Shown: in pieces, positions 63,590-64,000 of the stretch | Layout of the letters: the number at the start of each line of letters is the position of its first letter | Position numbering within the stretch: the first letter of the stretch is position 1 | Assembly: GCA_002269645.1 (NCBI GenBank) | Contig: NIVC01003287.1 | Span: 1-64,000 of the forward strand | Direction: 5' to 3' | Length of the DNA: 64,000 bases | Origin: Macrostomum lignano | Taxonomy: Eukaryota | The notes under the pieces: generated by a model | Database searches by the model: none | The model's input: the letters and a program-made list of their open reading frames with translations, nothing else | Told to the model about the DNA's origin: nothing | Program-made: the position numbers and the translations under genes

Positions 63590-64000
63590 CTAAGCACCAC
63601 AAAGCGCCCTTGAGCTCCAAAAAGAATCTATAAGCACGGCGAAGCATTCTTAAGCGCCAAAAGGAATCTATAAGCACCACGAAGCATCCTTAAGCGCCAA
63701 AAAGAATCTATAAGCACCACGAAGCATCCTTAAGCGTCAAAAAGGATCGGTGTAAGCATCACGAAGCGTCCTTAAGCGCTTAAAAGAATCTATAAGCACC
63801 ACGAAGCGTCCTTAAGCGCCAAAAAGAATCTATAAGCACCACAAAGCATCCTTAAGCGCCAAAAATAATCTATAAGCACCACGAAGCATCCTTAAGCGCC
63901 AAAAATAATATATAAGCACCACGAAGCATCCTTAAGCGCCAAAAATAATCTATAAGCACCACGAAGCATCCTTAAGCGCCAAAAGGAATCTATAAGCACC
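63590..64000. repeat. 40-bp minisatellite (ttaagcgccaaaaagaatctataagcaccacgaagcatcc), continues past the window
   Basis: Period 40. Confidence 0.93.

Overview
Eukaryotic (metazoan) genomic DNA: GC-richer exons separated by GT-AG introns full of tandem repeats and transposon debris. The style resembles a flatworm such as Macrostomum, but this is inference only. All exon models below were rebuilt by hand and checked for splice phase. Genes: DDB1 (- strand, 6 exons visible, running off the left edge); PHF12-like PHD/PHD/FHA gene (+ strand, probably head-to-head with DDB1 through a 9-nt first coding exon); three single-coding-exon paralogs with a B-box-like motif, coiled coil and NHL repeats (one intact, one split by a TAG, one frameshifted and truncated); TSC2/tuberin (- strand, 10 exons visible, start beyond the right edge). 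Most striking non-genic structure: DDB1 intron 5 (13.6 kb) is almost entirely one 13.1-kb element with CCCGTTGGA...TCCAACGGG termini and a 3-bp TSD (CACTA/EnSpm-like). It carries about 74 near-identical copies of a 118-bp satellite built from its own subterminal motifs, plus an unrecognised two-exon 90-aa ORF antisense to DDB1. A second structure at 36.7-40.7 kb is a three-level transposon nest with readable TSDs: a tRNA-SINE split by a MULE/Foldback-like element, which itself holds another SINE and a composite hAT. No prokaryotic features, CRISPR arrays or genuine tRNA/rRNA genes were found.
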